From Paraspadella gotoi (taxonomy: Eukaryota; Animalia; Chaetognatha), in contig CM119269.1 of the NCBI GenBank assembly GCA_051294375.1, positions 5,944,945 to 5,972,081 on the forward strand: DNA of 27,137 bases, read 5' to 3'. This document shows positions 9,942 to 20,700 of this stretch, piece after piece. The notes beneath the pieces are model-generated. The model saw only the letters and a list, made by a program, of their open reading frames with translations, did no database searches and was not told where the DNA came from. Within the stretch, counting starts at the first letter, position 1. Every line of letters begins with the position of its first letter. The translations under genes and the position numbers were made by a program.

Positions 9942-9958
9942 TTAGTCTTCATCGTCAC

Positions 9959-10148
9959 CTCTCCCCGCCTTCGCGCCTCTCCGCTCTGCTCTTCCTCCTC
10001 CAACTCCTTGGCGAATCTCCGGATGGCGGTCGACTTTGACCGACAGACCGACAGGACGGCGGCCAGAGCCAAAGATTCCAGAGACCGGCCAGGGCAGCGT
10101 TGGCGAGTCGGGTGTAGGCCTCGAAGGAGCAGACTAGTTTGGGCAGGC
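9959..10148 (-). CDS. Nested GRL-like gene, copy 2, exon 5 (TM4)
   Basis: 190 nt, one base short of phase-consistent length; same splice sites as 3585-3773. Confidence 0.6.
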
Positions 10149-10285
10149 CTTGGAGGGAGAGAGGGAAAGTGAAGAAGGTGGATGAGTTGTCACTGATTCT
10201 CTTCGTCTCGATACTGATTACAGGGTCATAGGTGATCACTGATCACCTGATCAGGTGATCGGGTGATTGTGTCAAAGTCTCTCAC

Positions 10286-10359
10286 CGAGAGACTCGCAGA
10301 GTTGACCTCCCTCGGCTCCCGATCCTTGAGCAAGGATGTCCGTTTCGTTGGAGGCAAAT
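10286..10359 (-). CDS. Nested GRL-like gene, copy 2, exon 4
   Basis: 74 nt, fits phase 2 to phase 1: RFASNETDILAQGSGAEGGQLCESL(G); contains an NET sequon. Confidence 0.6.
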
Positions 10360-10433
10360 CTGAGAAATTCGAAAAATGTTAATAAGGCAAAAGTATGAAA
10401 CATTTAAAGTGAAAGTCCCTGTAGAAGATACAC

Positions 10434-10628
10434 CTGTCGTAAGCATCTGCTGCGATGAAGGCGGCGATTAGTAGGATCAGGCAGATGACGACCTTGGCGA
10501 CGGATTTGGACCAAAGGCCAACGGAGTCGATCAGGCGATGGTTCTTCGCCAGGCGACGCGCGAACCGGTTGGCGTAGACGCCTGCTCAAGAGATGAGTAA
10601 TGGCTCGAATCGTTTGAACCGAATTCTC
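10434..10628 (-). CDS. Nested GRL-like gene, copy 2, exon 3 (TM3)
   Basis: Same splice sites as 4057-4249; two extra bases. Confidence 0.55.
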
Positions 10629-11254
10629 CTAAAACGATGGTTGTTGACAAATAACAGTGATCTGTTGGATTTTCGCCGGCATTTGGTTGCAGACAAATTT
10701 AAACAAGTTTAAACAACGATGATTAAGCGGTAAGCATTTAATCAGTTAGTAAGTTATGATCTATCATAAAAATTTTTTTTATTAAATACAACCTATTATC
10801 AATGTTTTGTAGTTTAACGTATTTTTTTTTTAAATTTAAACTCATTTCCACTCGATTCCAGCAAAACTTGATTTTCCTGTCAATCACACACTTCTTTAGC
10901 CAATCGCCCCGCGTTCAATGCTAAGGGATGGACAGACAAACAGACAAACAAAGCGACATATGGACATTGTTTTGTTTTTTTGTGTTTTTTTTGCAAACTA
11001 ATATCGACCTTTTCTCTAATCTTAAAACACAACGAAAAGAAAGGATTACTACACAACCTAATTTTTAATAATTAATGATCTAACTGACTTACAGACAAGA
11101 TTTTGGGGTGGGACCGACGGACCGATAAACTCGAAAGGCCCAGAATTTTTAGTTCATTTTTAGATATAAGGCAGTCAAAATCCACTATTGCCCACAAACT
11201 GCGGTCAAATTCGCATCCCTCCTCTCACCAAGCAGCATTCGACTTCAATCTCAC

Positions 11255-11534
11255 CAAGCAGCGTTCCGTACAAGCAAAAGCCGATGTCTACGGCCGCTTC
11301 CAGCGCCGTCGTCTTCCTCGTGTTTCCCGAGTTGGCGCCGCAGTTTCCGACTTGGCACCCGACGATTGTCGCGTGCAGACCGAAGTAGACGACGCCGACG
11401 ACGACAGTGACGCCGAAGAGGACGGCGCCGACCAGGGACGGCGTCGTCGGGCACCGCGGCGCCTCGACGAACGGCGCCGGAGTGGAGACGCCGAGAATAG
11501 ACTCTATGAAAAGTTGAAGGCGTCGGGCGTGACG
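11255..11534 (-). CDS. Nested GRL-like gene, copy 2, exon 2 (TM1-TM2)
   Basis: Reads through in one frame if one T missing from a homopolymer (present in copy 1) is restored. Confidence 0.65.
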
Positions 11535-11986
11535 CTTGACGGATCCACGGGGGGTTGGGGGGGAAAGCGTGGGGTCTTTTTTTTGTGGGGGGTTGGGTAG
11601 GGAGTTGATTGCTAAGTAGTCAGCCAGACTCTTTTTTTAAATTTATTAAAAGTTTGGTGATAAAAAGATCACGTGACTCACTTGTATTTTCGATTCTCCA
11701 TCTTGGATCTTTTTTTACTTTTTTGGTGACGTAAGGAAGAGACGGATGTCTGGAGACGATTACAGATTAATGCCCAATGAAAATTTAAACATTCAAGATT
11801 TCAATTTTTATTTTTCAAAATTAAAATCGCTTGTTCTTGTATGAAGAATCATCGCTAATTCATTGATCCATTCCACGCATACAAAATTTGATGTCATAAA
11901 CTATCGTGAAAAACAACAGTATTATTAGAATATTTAAACTGTTAGCAATATCGATATATCATGATATAAAACCAATTACTAATCAC

Positions 11987-12468
11987 CTGAACCCGTCGTA
12001 AGATTCCGAGAAAAACTCAAACTGATTTCGTTCGTCGCTTTCCTCGAACGCGCGCGTCGACGCGACGCTGCGGAGAAACGGCGTAGAGCAGCGCCGCGAC
12101 GACAGCGCGTGGGAGCGGGTGAGGTGAGGGGCGAACGCCGCCGCAGTAGCAGCAGCCGAGTGAGAAAACCCCAGCGGAACGCCAGAGTGAGCGGTCCGAC
12201 TCGAGTCGTACAAGGCGTGCGCTGGCGGACAGCGCGGCGGCGTGCGGGGCGCGTTGCGCGATCGAGAGATAGCATGCTGATCCGCGGTTAGAGTCGCGCT
12301 GGCGTTGATGGCGGAAAAAGCTCGTGCGGATCGAGGCCGCGAGGTTGGACGATCGTAACCGGCGCAGGTGCCGCTCACGCCGCTGCCGTCGCCGCTGCCT
12401 CCGCCGCTGGCGCCGTTTCCGGAACTTTGAATAACCGTTAGAATCGGCTGGGCGTCGTTTCTTCCCAT
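11987..12468 (-). CDS. Nested GRL-like gene, copy 2, exon 1
   Basis: ORF 11983..12468 MGRNDAQP...SYDGF with donor AG|gtgatt. Confidence 0.6.
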
Positions 12469-12918
12469 GATTCACTAATTAATATTATTAATAATTAATT
12501 AATTAATATTATTAATAATAAAGCTAATTGTTGAATATTAGTTATTATTAAAGTTCCATGAAAATACCATTATCTATTTATTCCGTCGCGACAGCGATCT
12601 TTTATCATCAATTGATTAGGGGTGGTTCAAAGATATCGAGCTCTGGTTTCAAAGTCCCCATTTGTTATTGATAATAAGGTTTTTTTTCATTGCTTGGACA
12701 AGATTTTCTTATCTAATAATTCTTATCAATGAAGAGTTGCGCAAAACCGTAACTTTCTCGTGGTTGCTATCGGTATTAATTATAATGCGAATATATAAAT
12801 TATAATGATATATTAAAAAAAAATACGCCAGTGAAATAACAAAATAATTAAATGAGTATAAAGTAAAAATAAAAAGAAAATCGTTTCCATTACCTCACGT
12901 TGCTCCTTTGTTTTTCAG

Positions 12919-13066
12919 CGGCGACGGAGCAAGACGGGACCGGGAAGGCTTCTATCAGATCACCGGCCGTCTCGACGACATCGTCAACGTGACGGGACAC
13001 AGACTCGGAACGGCTGAAGTAGAAAACGCTATCAATGAGCACCCAGATATCGCCGAGTCCGCTGTG
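12919..13066 (+). CDS. ACSS1: ACSS1-like exon, copy 2 (intact)
   Basis: 148-nt exon: (C)[55 protein letters not shown] and GHRLGTAE resemble ACSS1 rather than ACSS2 (YWITGR, GHLLSTAE), from my recall of those proteins. Confidence 0.93.
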
Positions 13067-13347
13067 GTTAGTAACCGTCGATCTTAAATCTTTTTTTTTT
13101 TAAGAAATTTGATCGGTATTCATTTTTTCTTTCATTTACTATGCGTTCTTTCTTTCTTTCTCTTTCTTTCTCTTTCTTTTCAATTCTTTCAGTTAGTCAG
13201 TTATTCATTTGTTGTTTTTTTTTAATTCACTTTTAATTCTTTCATTCATTTCTTTATTCAGTTATGAATACGTAATTATAGAAAAGAAAATATTAAAAAG
13301 ACCCGCCTCATTCCACTCCCACTTTTCCCATCTTCCATCTTCCACAC

Positions 13348-13412
<65 letters not shown>

Positions 13413-13413
13413 T
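13348..13413 (+). repeat. (GCC)n tract abutting ACSS splice acceptor, copy 2
   Basis: About 21 pure GCC units followed by tctcccag. Confidence 0.95.
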
Positions 13414-13420
13414 CTCCCAG

Positions 13421-13753
13421 GTGGGCATCCCCCACGACATCAAGGGCGAGGTCATCTTCGCCTTCATGGTGAAGAAGGACAATCGCCCTCGCGAGCAGGA
13501 AGAGTTGAAGCGAGAAGTGGCGTCTCAGGTTAAGAAAGAGATCGCCTCCTACGCTGTCCCGGCGGAGATGCTGCTCGTTCCGGCGCTGCCGAAGACGCGG
13601 AGCGGCAAGATCCTCCGGCGCTTCCTTCGAAAGATCGCCGTCGACGACGCGGAGGACTTTGGCGACGTCAGCGTCGTTTCGGACACTTGGGTCTTGACCG
13701 CCATCTTGGATTTGAAGCGGAAGCAAGCAGCGGAGGAGAAGGGGAAGCCATAG
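13421..13753 (+). CDS. ACSS1: ACSS1-like terminal exon, copy 2 (intact)
   Basis: [17 protein letters not shown]...[32 protein letters not shown]...*. Contains the A10 motif PKTRSGK with the catalytic/acetylated Lys. Confidence 0.93.
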   Translation: MGIPHDIKGEVIFAFMVKKDNRPREQEELKREVASQVKKEIASYAVPAEMLLVPALPKTRSGKILRRFLRKIAVDDAEDFGDVSVVSDTWVLTAILDLKRKQAAEEKGKP

Positions 13754-15071
13754 CGAGGGGGGGGAATCGGGTTGGCAGAAGGAGGGAGAGAGAGAGAGGG
13801 AGAGAGAGTGGAGAGAAATGAAGAGTGAGGGTCTGGCAGATGTAACGCGATCGAGAAAAGCGGCTCATTTTTTTTATATTAAATTCCATTTTCTTGATTT
13901 ATCGAATCTCGTTTCTTGTGAATTTTATTACATTACGATATTATAGTTATTTGTTGAAATGGCGAATGTTTTAACCCTGTTGACAGTTTTTCAATATTTC
14001 CTAAAGCAGTTAATGTTAGTATTTTTCACGGACGTGGAAATGGGGGGGGAAGACGTAGGGTTATTGCTATTTCTTACTGATGTCTTTTGCTATATACCTG
14101 TTGGAATCTTGCTATTAAATGTAATGCATCCAACTGCATGATTGTTTTGCTAATTATATCTAGTTGTTTTTAAAAGCGCACAATTTTGAGTTTTTCGGTT
14201 TTCAGATTTCAGTTTTATTTTTTACTTATTTCTCCGTATATGTTCGCGTAAATCTTTTGTTATTTTTCGTTGCTTCTCAAAGAGGGATCTGCTGTTCTTG
14301 TTCTTTTACGCTCCTTAACTCATTTTGGACAAAAGACAAGCGATGGATCTCTGACTAAAGTGGCTCATGGTCTTCGGACCCTTTGTATGAATACAGAAAG
14401 TAAATAAGTGTAGCGACCCAAATGACGAAGACGACGACAAAGACGACGACAAACCGACGACGGTGACCTTAGCATTCACCACTAGTGAATCTCACCACTC
14501 AACCATTTAGTGGGTGAAAGTTTCTCACCCACGTAACCGTTTACCTACTGTTGAGCGGACTTCTATTATGGCAACAGTTAACTAGCATAAATTAAAAACA
14601 AATTTTCTTTTTAGTTCTAAAATTTAAAATTTAGACTTAACGTCTCATAGTTATATTAATTGACATGACCCTTGCAAAACCCATTCGCGTTATCGAAATC
14701 ATTTCATTTTTTTTTTTCTGAAAAGAAAACAGAGCAAACAAATAATTGCGGGAATGATTTCAAAAATATCTTATGTCAACAATAAACTAGAACAAAAAAG
14801 GGGAAGATAAAAAGGAAAAAGAAGAAGAGATCGGGAGACAAAGTCAAGCAACTCCGTCATTTCATTGCAAATCGCAAGCGTTCCCATCGACTTCCCTCAT
14901 TCGCCAACTTTGTAATTGGAAACGAAGAATTTCGAATCGATCCGCAGATTTCGCGTCAGTGGAGATTATGTAAAAACAAGAGGCGATGTTTTGATGATAA
15001 TTTTCGACCAAATCTCAAATTACCATCGGATGAGTGAAGAAGGGGAGGGAGAAGGAGTCCTATCCATTGCG

Positions 15072-15074
<3 letters not shown>

Positions 15075-15159
<85 letters not shown>

Positions 15160-15244
15160 GTGAGAGAAGGAGTGAAGAAGGGGAGGGAGAAGGAGTCCAT
15201 ACCCATTGCGATTGATTATTTTTTAGCTGATATCGCGTTTTCGA

Positions 15245-15285
<41 letters not shown>

Positions 15286-15289
15286 AGAG
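15075..15289 (+). repeat. (GA)n microsatellites with interleaved ~45-bp direct repeat
   Basis: (GA)n at 15075-15155 and 15250-15289; GAGTGAAGAAGGGGAGGGAGAAGGAGTCC..CCATTGCGATTGA at ~15032 and ~15170. Confidence 0.9.
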
Positions 15290-15606
15290 ACGAATGTTCG
15301 ATCTCTGCTGAGAAAATCTTTTTTCGATCGACGAACGAAAACAAAAAAAAATCTTGTCTTCTTGTGTTCGAATTCGATTCGTTCTTAAATTGTCGAACGG
15401 ATGAGTCCGACGTGAGGCCCCAATGCGAGCCCAATGCGAAACCCAGATGAGCCCAATCCGAACCCGATATCCCTTGATACAACCGGGGCAGGCCCGGCAC
15501 TGGGCTGGGGGATCGTGGGTTGATATTTCGGCGAGAGATACAACTCGTTCATTGACTACGAGTCAAAACATCTTGACTTTTGATTTAAGACTTTTATTTT
15601 GAGTCA

Positions 15607-15685
15607 ATGTTTGCGGTGTTTATAAATGAAAGCGTTTTGCTCGTGATCATGCTTGGCTTGCTTGCTTGCTTGCTCTGTACTCCAG
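15607..15685 (+). CDS. Possible first coding exon (signal peptide) of an unidentified secreted protein
   Basis: MFAVFINESVLLVIMLGLLACLLCTP then phase-1 donor CAG|gtaaaa; part of the hydrophobic stretch comes from a (GCTT)n repeat. Confidence 0.35.
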
Positions 15686-17068
15686 GTAAAAAAAAAATAA
15701 AATAGACAAAAATAGAATTTATACCCTAGCTGTACAATCGGTTTTTTTTTTTATTTTCCGTTCAATTCTCTTTTAGTTTTCTACTCTTCCTGAGTTCAAA
15801 CTCTTCTTCATCTTAATTTTCCCAATTCACCTTTTCTTTACTTACTCCACCAACGGATGACCTTACTTAACCTCACCTCCTTTGCCCGACCAAAAACCTT
15901 TCCAGCGGCTTGCTCATTTTCAGGACAACAAACTTTGAATGAATCCCTACTAACCTCTTTTAACTGACCCTCCCCCCCGCCTTCCTGATACTTGTACCCC
16001 CTTAACGTCTCAACGCCTTTCCTCTTCCTTACCCCAACGCCTCACCCCCTCTCCTTATCCCAAACGTTTGTTGCCCCCGAGGACAAATGGCTCTCGTCGG
16101 GTGGAGGCAGCTGCCGGGGAAGTTAAGATAAAACTGCTTCTTTTTTTTTAAAAAAAAGGGAAGAAAGGAGAAAAAGAAGGGAGAAGAAAGAAAAGAGGAA
16201 AAGAAAAAAAAAAGTGAGAAAAAAAAAGAAGAAACTATTTATATCCGACGATGAAAAATAGAGTCGCTCCGACAGGCGAGACTTTCCTTACCTCCCAAAG
16301 CCTTACCGACTCTTTTCCGGTCTTGCTCAATGCTGACCTCTCTATTCTCTGATCCTATTTTTAGTAGACGTTCCCTTCTTTCATACCCCCTTGCCATCCT
16401 TTTTTCGGACCCCTTGCACAATTCGCCTTTTTTTTTTCGCTGTCTGTCCAGTCAAGAGTCAAAAAATTTTCATCCTCTCGTCAATAACATTGCAAGGAAT
16501 GTACTAGAATTACTTTCACCATTATCTAACTTTTTTCTTGTCTATTTCCCGCCAATCCTTTTCACTTTGCGCATCTTTCCTCAACTCATATTCAACCTTT
16601 TTCCCCCCTTTCTCTCCAATGTCTATTTCCCCCCTCCCCCCACCCCACGCTCGACCACCCAGACCCTACTTCCCCCTTTTCCCTCTAAAGTCGGAGAAGC
16701 GAAAGGCGAAAGAATCCGCGATGCAGCCTCTTCGCCGGCGCAGTAGGGTGGATCTTATGATAATATGAGGAATCTTAATAGTTTAGTTAGTTAGTTTAGA
16801 GTTTTTTGGTTAATTAGTTTAGTAATTTGAAAGTTAATTAAGGTTTTGTAATTGAAAACGAATAATTTAAAAATTAAACATTGAATTAACCAACTTGAAA
16901 ACACCATTTGTAATTAGGATATTTTTTTAGTACTCGAGATAACTAACGAGAAGGATAGCGCAAGATTGAAATTCTGAGGTAAAATGTATTTCATTTTCAA
17001 TATTGAACATCCTAACGCTCTAGCGGTTAGTTATCTTGATTTGATCAAAACGCTCGATACGAGAACAA

Positions 17069-17327
<259 letters not shown>

Positions 17328-17406
17328 ACATTTTCTGTCGTATGGGTCGTATTGGTTGATTTTAATAATCTCGTTGCTAAACTAAAATTTAAGTTTCAGT
17401 GAAATT

Positions 17407-17449
17407 ACCAGTCTCTTCGGAGGCCTGGGTTCGAATCCCACCTTTGCCA
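17407..17449 (+). pseudogene. 3' half of a tRNA-Leu (NAG-type), 5' half absent
   Basis: ACCAGTCTCTTCGGAGGCCTGGGTTCGAATCCCACCTTTGCCA: 3' anticodon stem, long variable arm (GTCTC-TTCG-GAGGC), T arm and acceptor strand typical of animal tRNA-Leu. Confidence 0.8.
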
Positions 17450-17559
17450 CAACATTTAAGGGAAAACTCATGAATTTCCAAGACGAAACCAAGTGGTTAG
17501 TTGTATTTTCAGATATAGAGATATGACGGCGAGACGCACGCAGGAGTCTGGTCCATGCT

Positions 17560-17657
17560 ACTGAACTATGAAAAAGCTTGGTCTATTTATAACCAGAAGA
17601 ATGGATCAGGAGCAAGGGCAAAATTTAACAGTTCCATCAGGCTCGCAAGCTGATTGG
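17560..17657 (-). promoter_or_regulatory. CCAAT - TATA - Inr Pol II promoter-like module (duplicated at ~24023-24121)
   Basis: Minus strand: CCAATC (17657), TATAAATAG (17591), TTCAGT about 29 nt downstream of the TATA start. Confidence 0.4.
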
Positions 17658-17700
17658 CCGGGAGTGATTTACTCGTGTGTCTCATCCGTTTTGCTCTGAG

Positions 17701-17750
17701 GCGATTATGATTCCTACGATTATGATTCCTGCGATTATGATTCCTGCGAT
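17701..17750 (+). repeat. 15-bp tandem repeat GCGATTATGATTCCT x3.3 (also at 24165-24213)
   Basis: Direct reading. Confidence 0.9.
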
Positions 17751-20700
17751 GTTACTGATTATTTAAATATAGATTTTTTTTCCGCGCAACGTGCGTATAT
17801 TGGAAATTACAAAATGATTCATCAGTTGCTTCGGCTTTACAATTCTTAGGCTTTTGGTTTCTCGATTTATTCTCTCGAGAAAAACATAAAATAAAACTCA
17901 TGTGATGCATAATCTTTATCTTTTATATTCATTTTCCCTACTCATATAAAAATTATAAAGCCAGAGACGTCTGACATAGTTCCTCCTCTCTGCTCTGTCA
18001 GGTGCCCCCCCGCTTCATACGCCGGCGCCCTTGCCCCCCTCAAATAAAAATTGACCACTGTCACTCGATCTGGAACTCGTTGACCTCACTCAAGACTCCT
18101 ACACACTCCTCGCTCGCATATATCATGTCTTACTCTCGTAAATGTGTGATTAAGATGGAAATTAATAAATCTTCGTGACTAACCAATGGTGCTGAATTCT
18201 TTTCTGCCTTTTCTTTCTCAAAGTTCGACACAAGAACAAGAATATAATATTTTTCTCTCAGCATGTTTGGTGGACGTACTTGGCGAAAATTGTATCACCC
18301 TGGCAGAAACCATAACGTTTGAGCCGATTGAGGGTTTACCGACGAGGACGGTAGAACTACGGAAAAAGATCTCAGCCTCTGAACACTTTCCTTTGAAAAT
18401 CGATACTGTGGATGACATGGTGTTTTAATCCTAAATTACTCAAGTTCAGAAGCTCTCAAAAGTTCTGTTGGGCTGATCGCTCAGGTGCCTCGAGCTTCAA
18501 GGCTTACATCAGTTAAAACGATTATGTTAGGTGGAGATCGCTCTTCAGGACGTCTTTGCGTGTTAAGGTATGTTATTAATATTGCGTTGCTGAAAGTAGT
18601 ATATCGATTGAAACTACAATTTGAATACAGAATCATGCCAGTTTTGTATCAAGAGCTCCAATGGTGATGATGCTTGCGGGCAAAAAGTTGAAGTCGTTCG
18701 CGAACTGGATGACTGTAAAAAGATTATTATTAGGAGTTAAATATAAAACATTCCTTTGTCTTTTTGATATTTGAGGAATAGCTACAACATTATAGATATT
18801 ATTTACAAAAGTATTCTAAGATAAAAAAATTAGGCTGAAAACTAGTGGAATCTACTAAAATTATCTGAGAAGTGCTCTAAAATCTATTAAAAAATGTTCC
18901 TACACTCTGAAATTTCGTTCCTCTCCTTTTAATCTTTGTAGTCATCCTCTCTATACTACTCTTCTCTATCTGGTCTAATCTACTCTTTCTCTGCTCGTAC
19001 ATCTACTTCGTTTCCTCTCTCTCTCTCTCTTCTCTGCCTCATTCTTACAATATTTCATCGCTGCTGCCTCTACTTCTTCCATCTCTCTCTGTCTCTCTCT
19101 ACATTTTATCTTTGCTTTTGTTGTGTGTTTGCTTTTCTCTCGCTCTCTCTCTCGTACACCACATGCCTTTTTCTTTTCTATGGTGCACGATTACGTTTTG
19201 TTTTTCCCACTTCACTGATGTCACTTTCGTCGTTTCCTACTTCCTATTTTCAACTTTGATTTGTCCTAAAAATTTTAATTATTCTTTATACTAACAGGAC
19301 AGAATACTCACTAATTAAATATTTTCTCTCGTACTCTGCGCAGAATTTTCACGCAGAGTGATATGTCCCTTTATCGATATTATTTGAGAAAGAAATGTAA
19401 TTGAAGAACGAATTGCCAGAGAGAGAGAACCATTTAAAAGAATTCACGTTAATAAATCGAAAAAAAAAAAAAGCGGAAGATGTGGAATGGAACAAGAATA
19501 AGATTCGGACAGAGAAGAGAGATCAGATCATTGGACCGTGATAAATATACGAAGGTCCAAGAGAGAAAGAGATCGGAGAAGACTTTATCGGGCTCTTTGT
19601 ATCTCCACAATGGGACAACATCTCTCTAGTTGCCCCCTCCCGGTTGCTCGTGCTCTGCTCTATGATTAAGCAATGAGTAACCAACGAATATAAAAGATTG
19701 TTGGGCGGGTTAAACCAAGACGCGTCGCTGCACCGCACAAAATGTCAACTGCATTCTTCTCTCGGTAGTGGTTCCTTCAAATCTAGAAATAATTAAACAC
19801 GATATCTATCAGTGCTAAATATTTCATTATAGGCCTTGCAGGTGTGGAATGATAAATATAGAGTTCTTCAGTCTTTAACCGGTTTTTCTTTTCTGGTAAC
19901 ACAATTATACGTGTATCTTTTTTTCAGTTAATTCTTCACTTTTTCACGTTTCGCCGCTCGTGTTTATTGTATATCGCCAACCCTCGCGCTACTTCAGATG
20001 GTTCGATATAAGTTATTTCCAGAAAATCGCTAGACTGAACTTCTTAAGAGTACACCACTTTTATGTATGTATCGAATGCATATATATCTTTTTGCACGAG
20101 TTTTTTAACCTTTAACATTTTAATAAGTAAAATTGAAAAAAGTTTGAAGTTAAACGTTTTGTGAGCCATGTAGTATCGATTAAATCCAAGGTATAGAAGA
20201 AGCACTTTCTTCTCGGGGTTTACCACTCGGCAGTTTCTATCTTATACTGATGAGGAGGCGGGGAAAATGGTATCTAGAAGGGGTTTCTGTTGAAATACAA
20301 ATAAGAATTATAAGTATTCAATTAGCTTATTATGGCTATACAATGCTCTAGTATGATTAGTTTGTTTGTGATAGACACGCGACGTCCGGTATAAGCCGCC
20401 GCATCGACTGTTTGGGCCCGATCAATAGAACGTTTCATAAAAGCATTAAATGTTTACTAAACAATCCTCGCGCTGTTATATTTAGAGTCTTCATCTTCCT
20501 ACAGACCCTTGGAGACTAGACGCTGTAACCTACAAAGGACGGAACTTAAATGATAGTATGAGCATTTAGTTGAATCGCGTGAGTTCCACTTATCATCGAC
20601 ATTATGGGACTTTAGAGGACTCAGGTTCTGACCCGAGACCCCATAAAGCTGTGTTAGATCTCATCTTTCGGATATCAAGGATGTGTTAAAAATATTTACT

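Larger units (their letters stand above)
8709..14497 (+). repeat. Unit 2 of ~5.8 kb near-identical direct duplication
   Basis: Starts exactly at the gap edge; similarity ends at GTGAATCTCACCA. Confidence 0.93.

Noticed and set aside
11103-11600. 165-aa plus-strand acidic ORF, and similar ORFs at 8942-9370 and 2444-2857
   Set aside because: Antisense shadows of GC-rich GRL exons; the splice signals support the minus strand.
15399-15443. Hammerhead-like CGGATGAGTCC...CGAAAC
   Set aside because: Core reads CGGATGA rather than CTGANGA and stem II does not close.
14916-15500. RE/SL-repeat ORFs (also 16984-17385 and 24778-25485)
   Set aside because: Translations of GA/CT microsatellites.
17701-17750. 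CRISPR-like repeat
   Set aside because: Contiguous 15-bp units without spacers in eukaryotic DNA.
20245-20270. CTGATGAG...GAAA hammerhead-like core
   Set aside because: No stem II pairing, lies in a noisy region, and is absent from the duplicate at ~25700.
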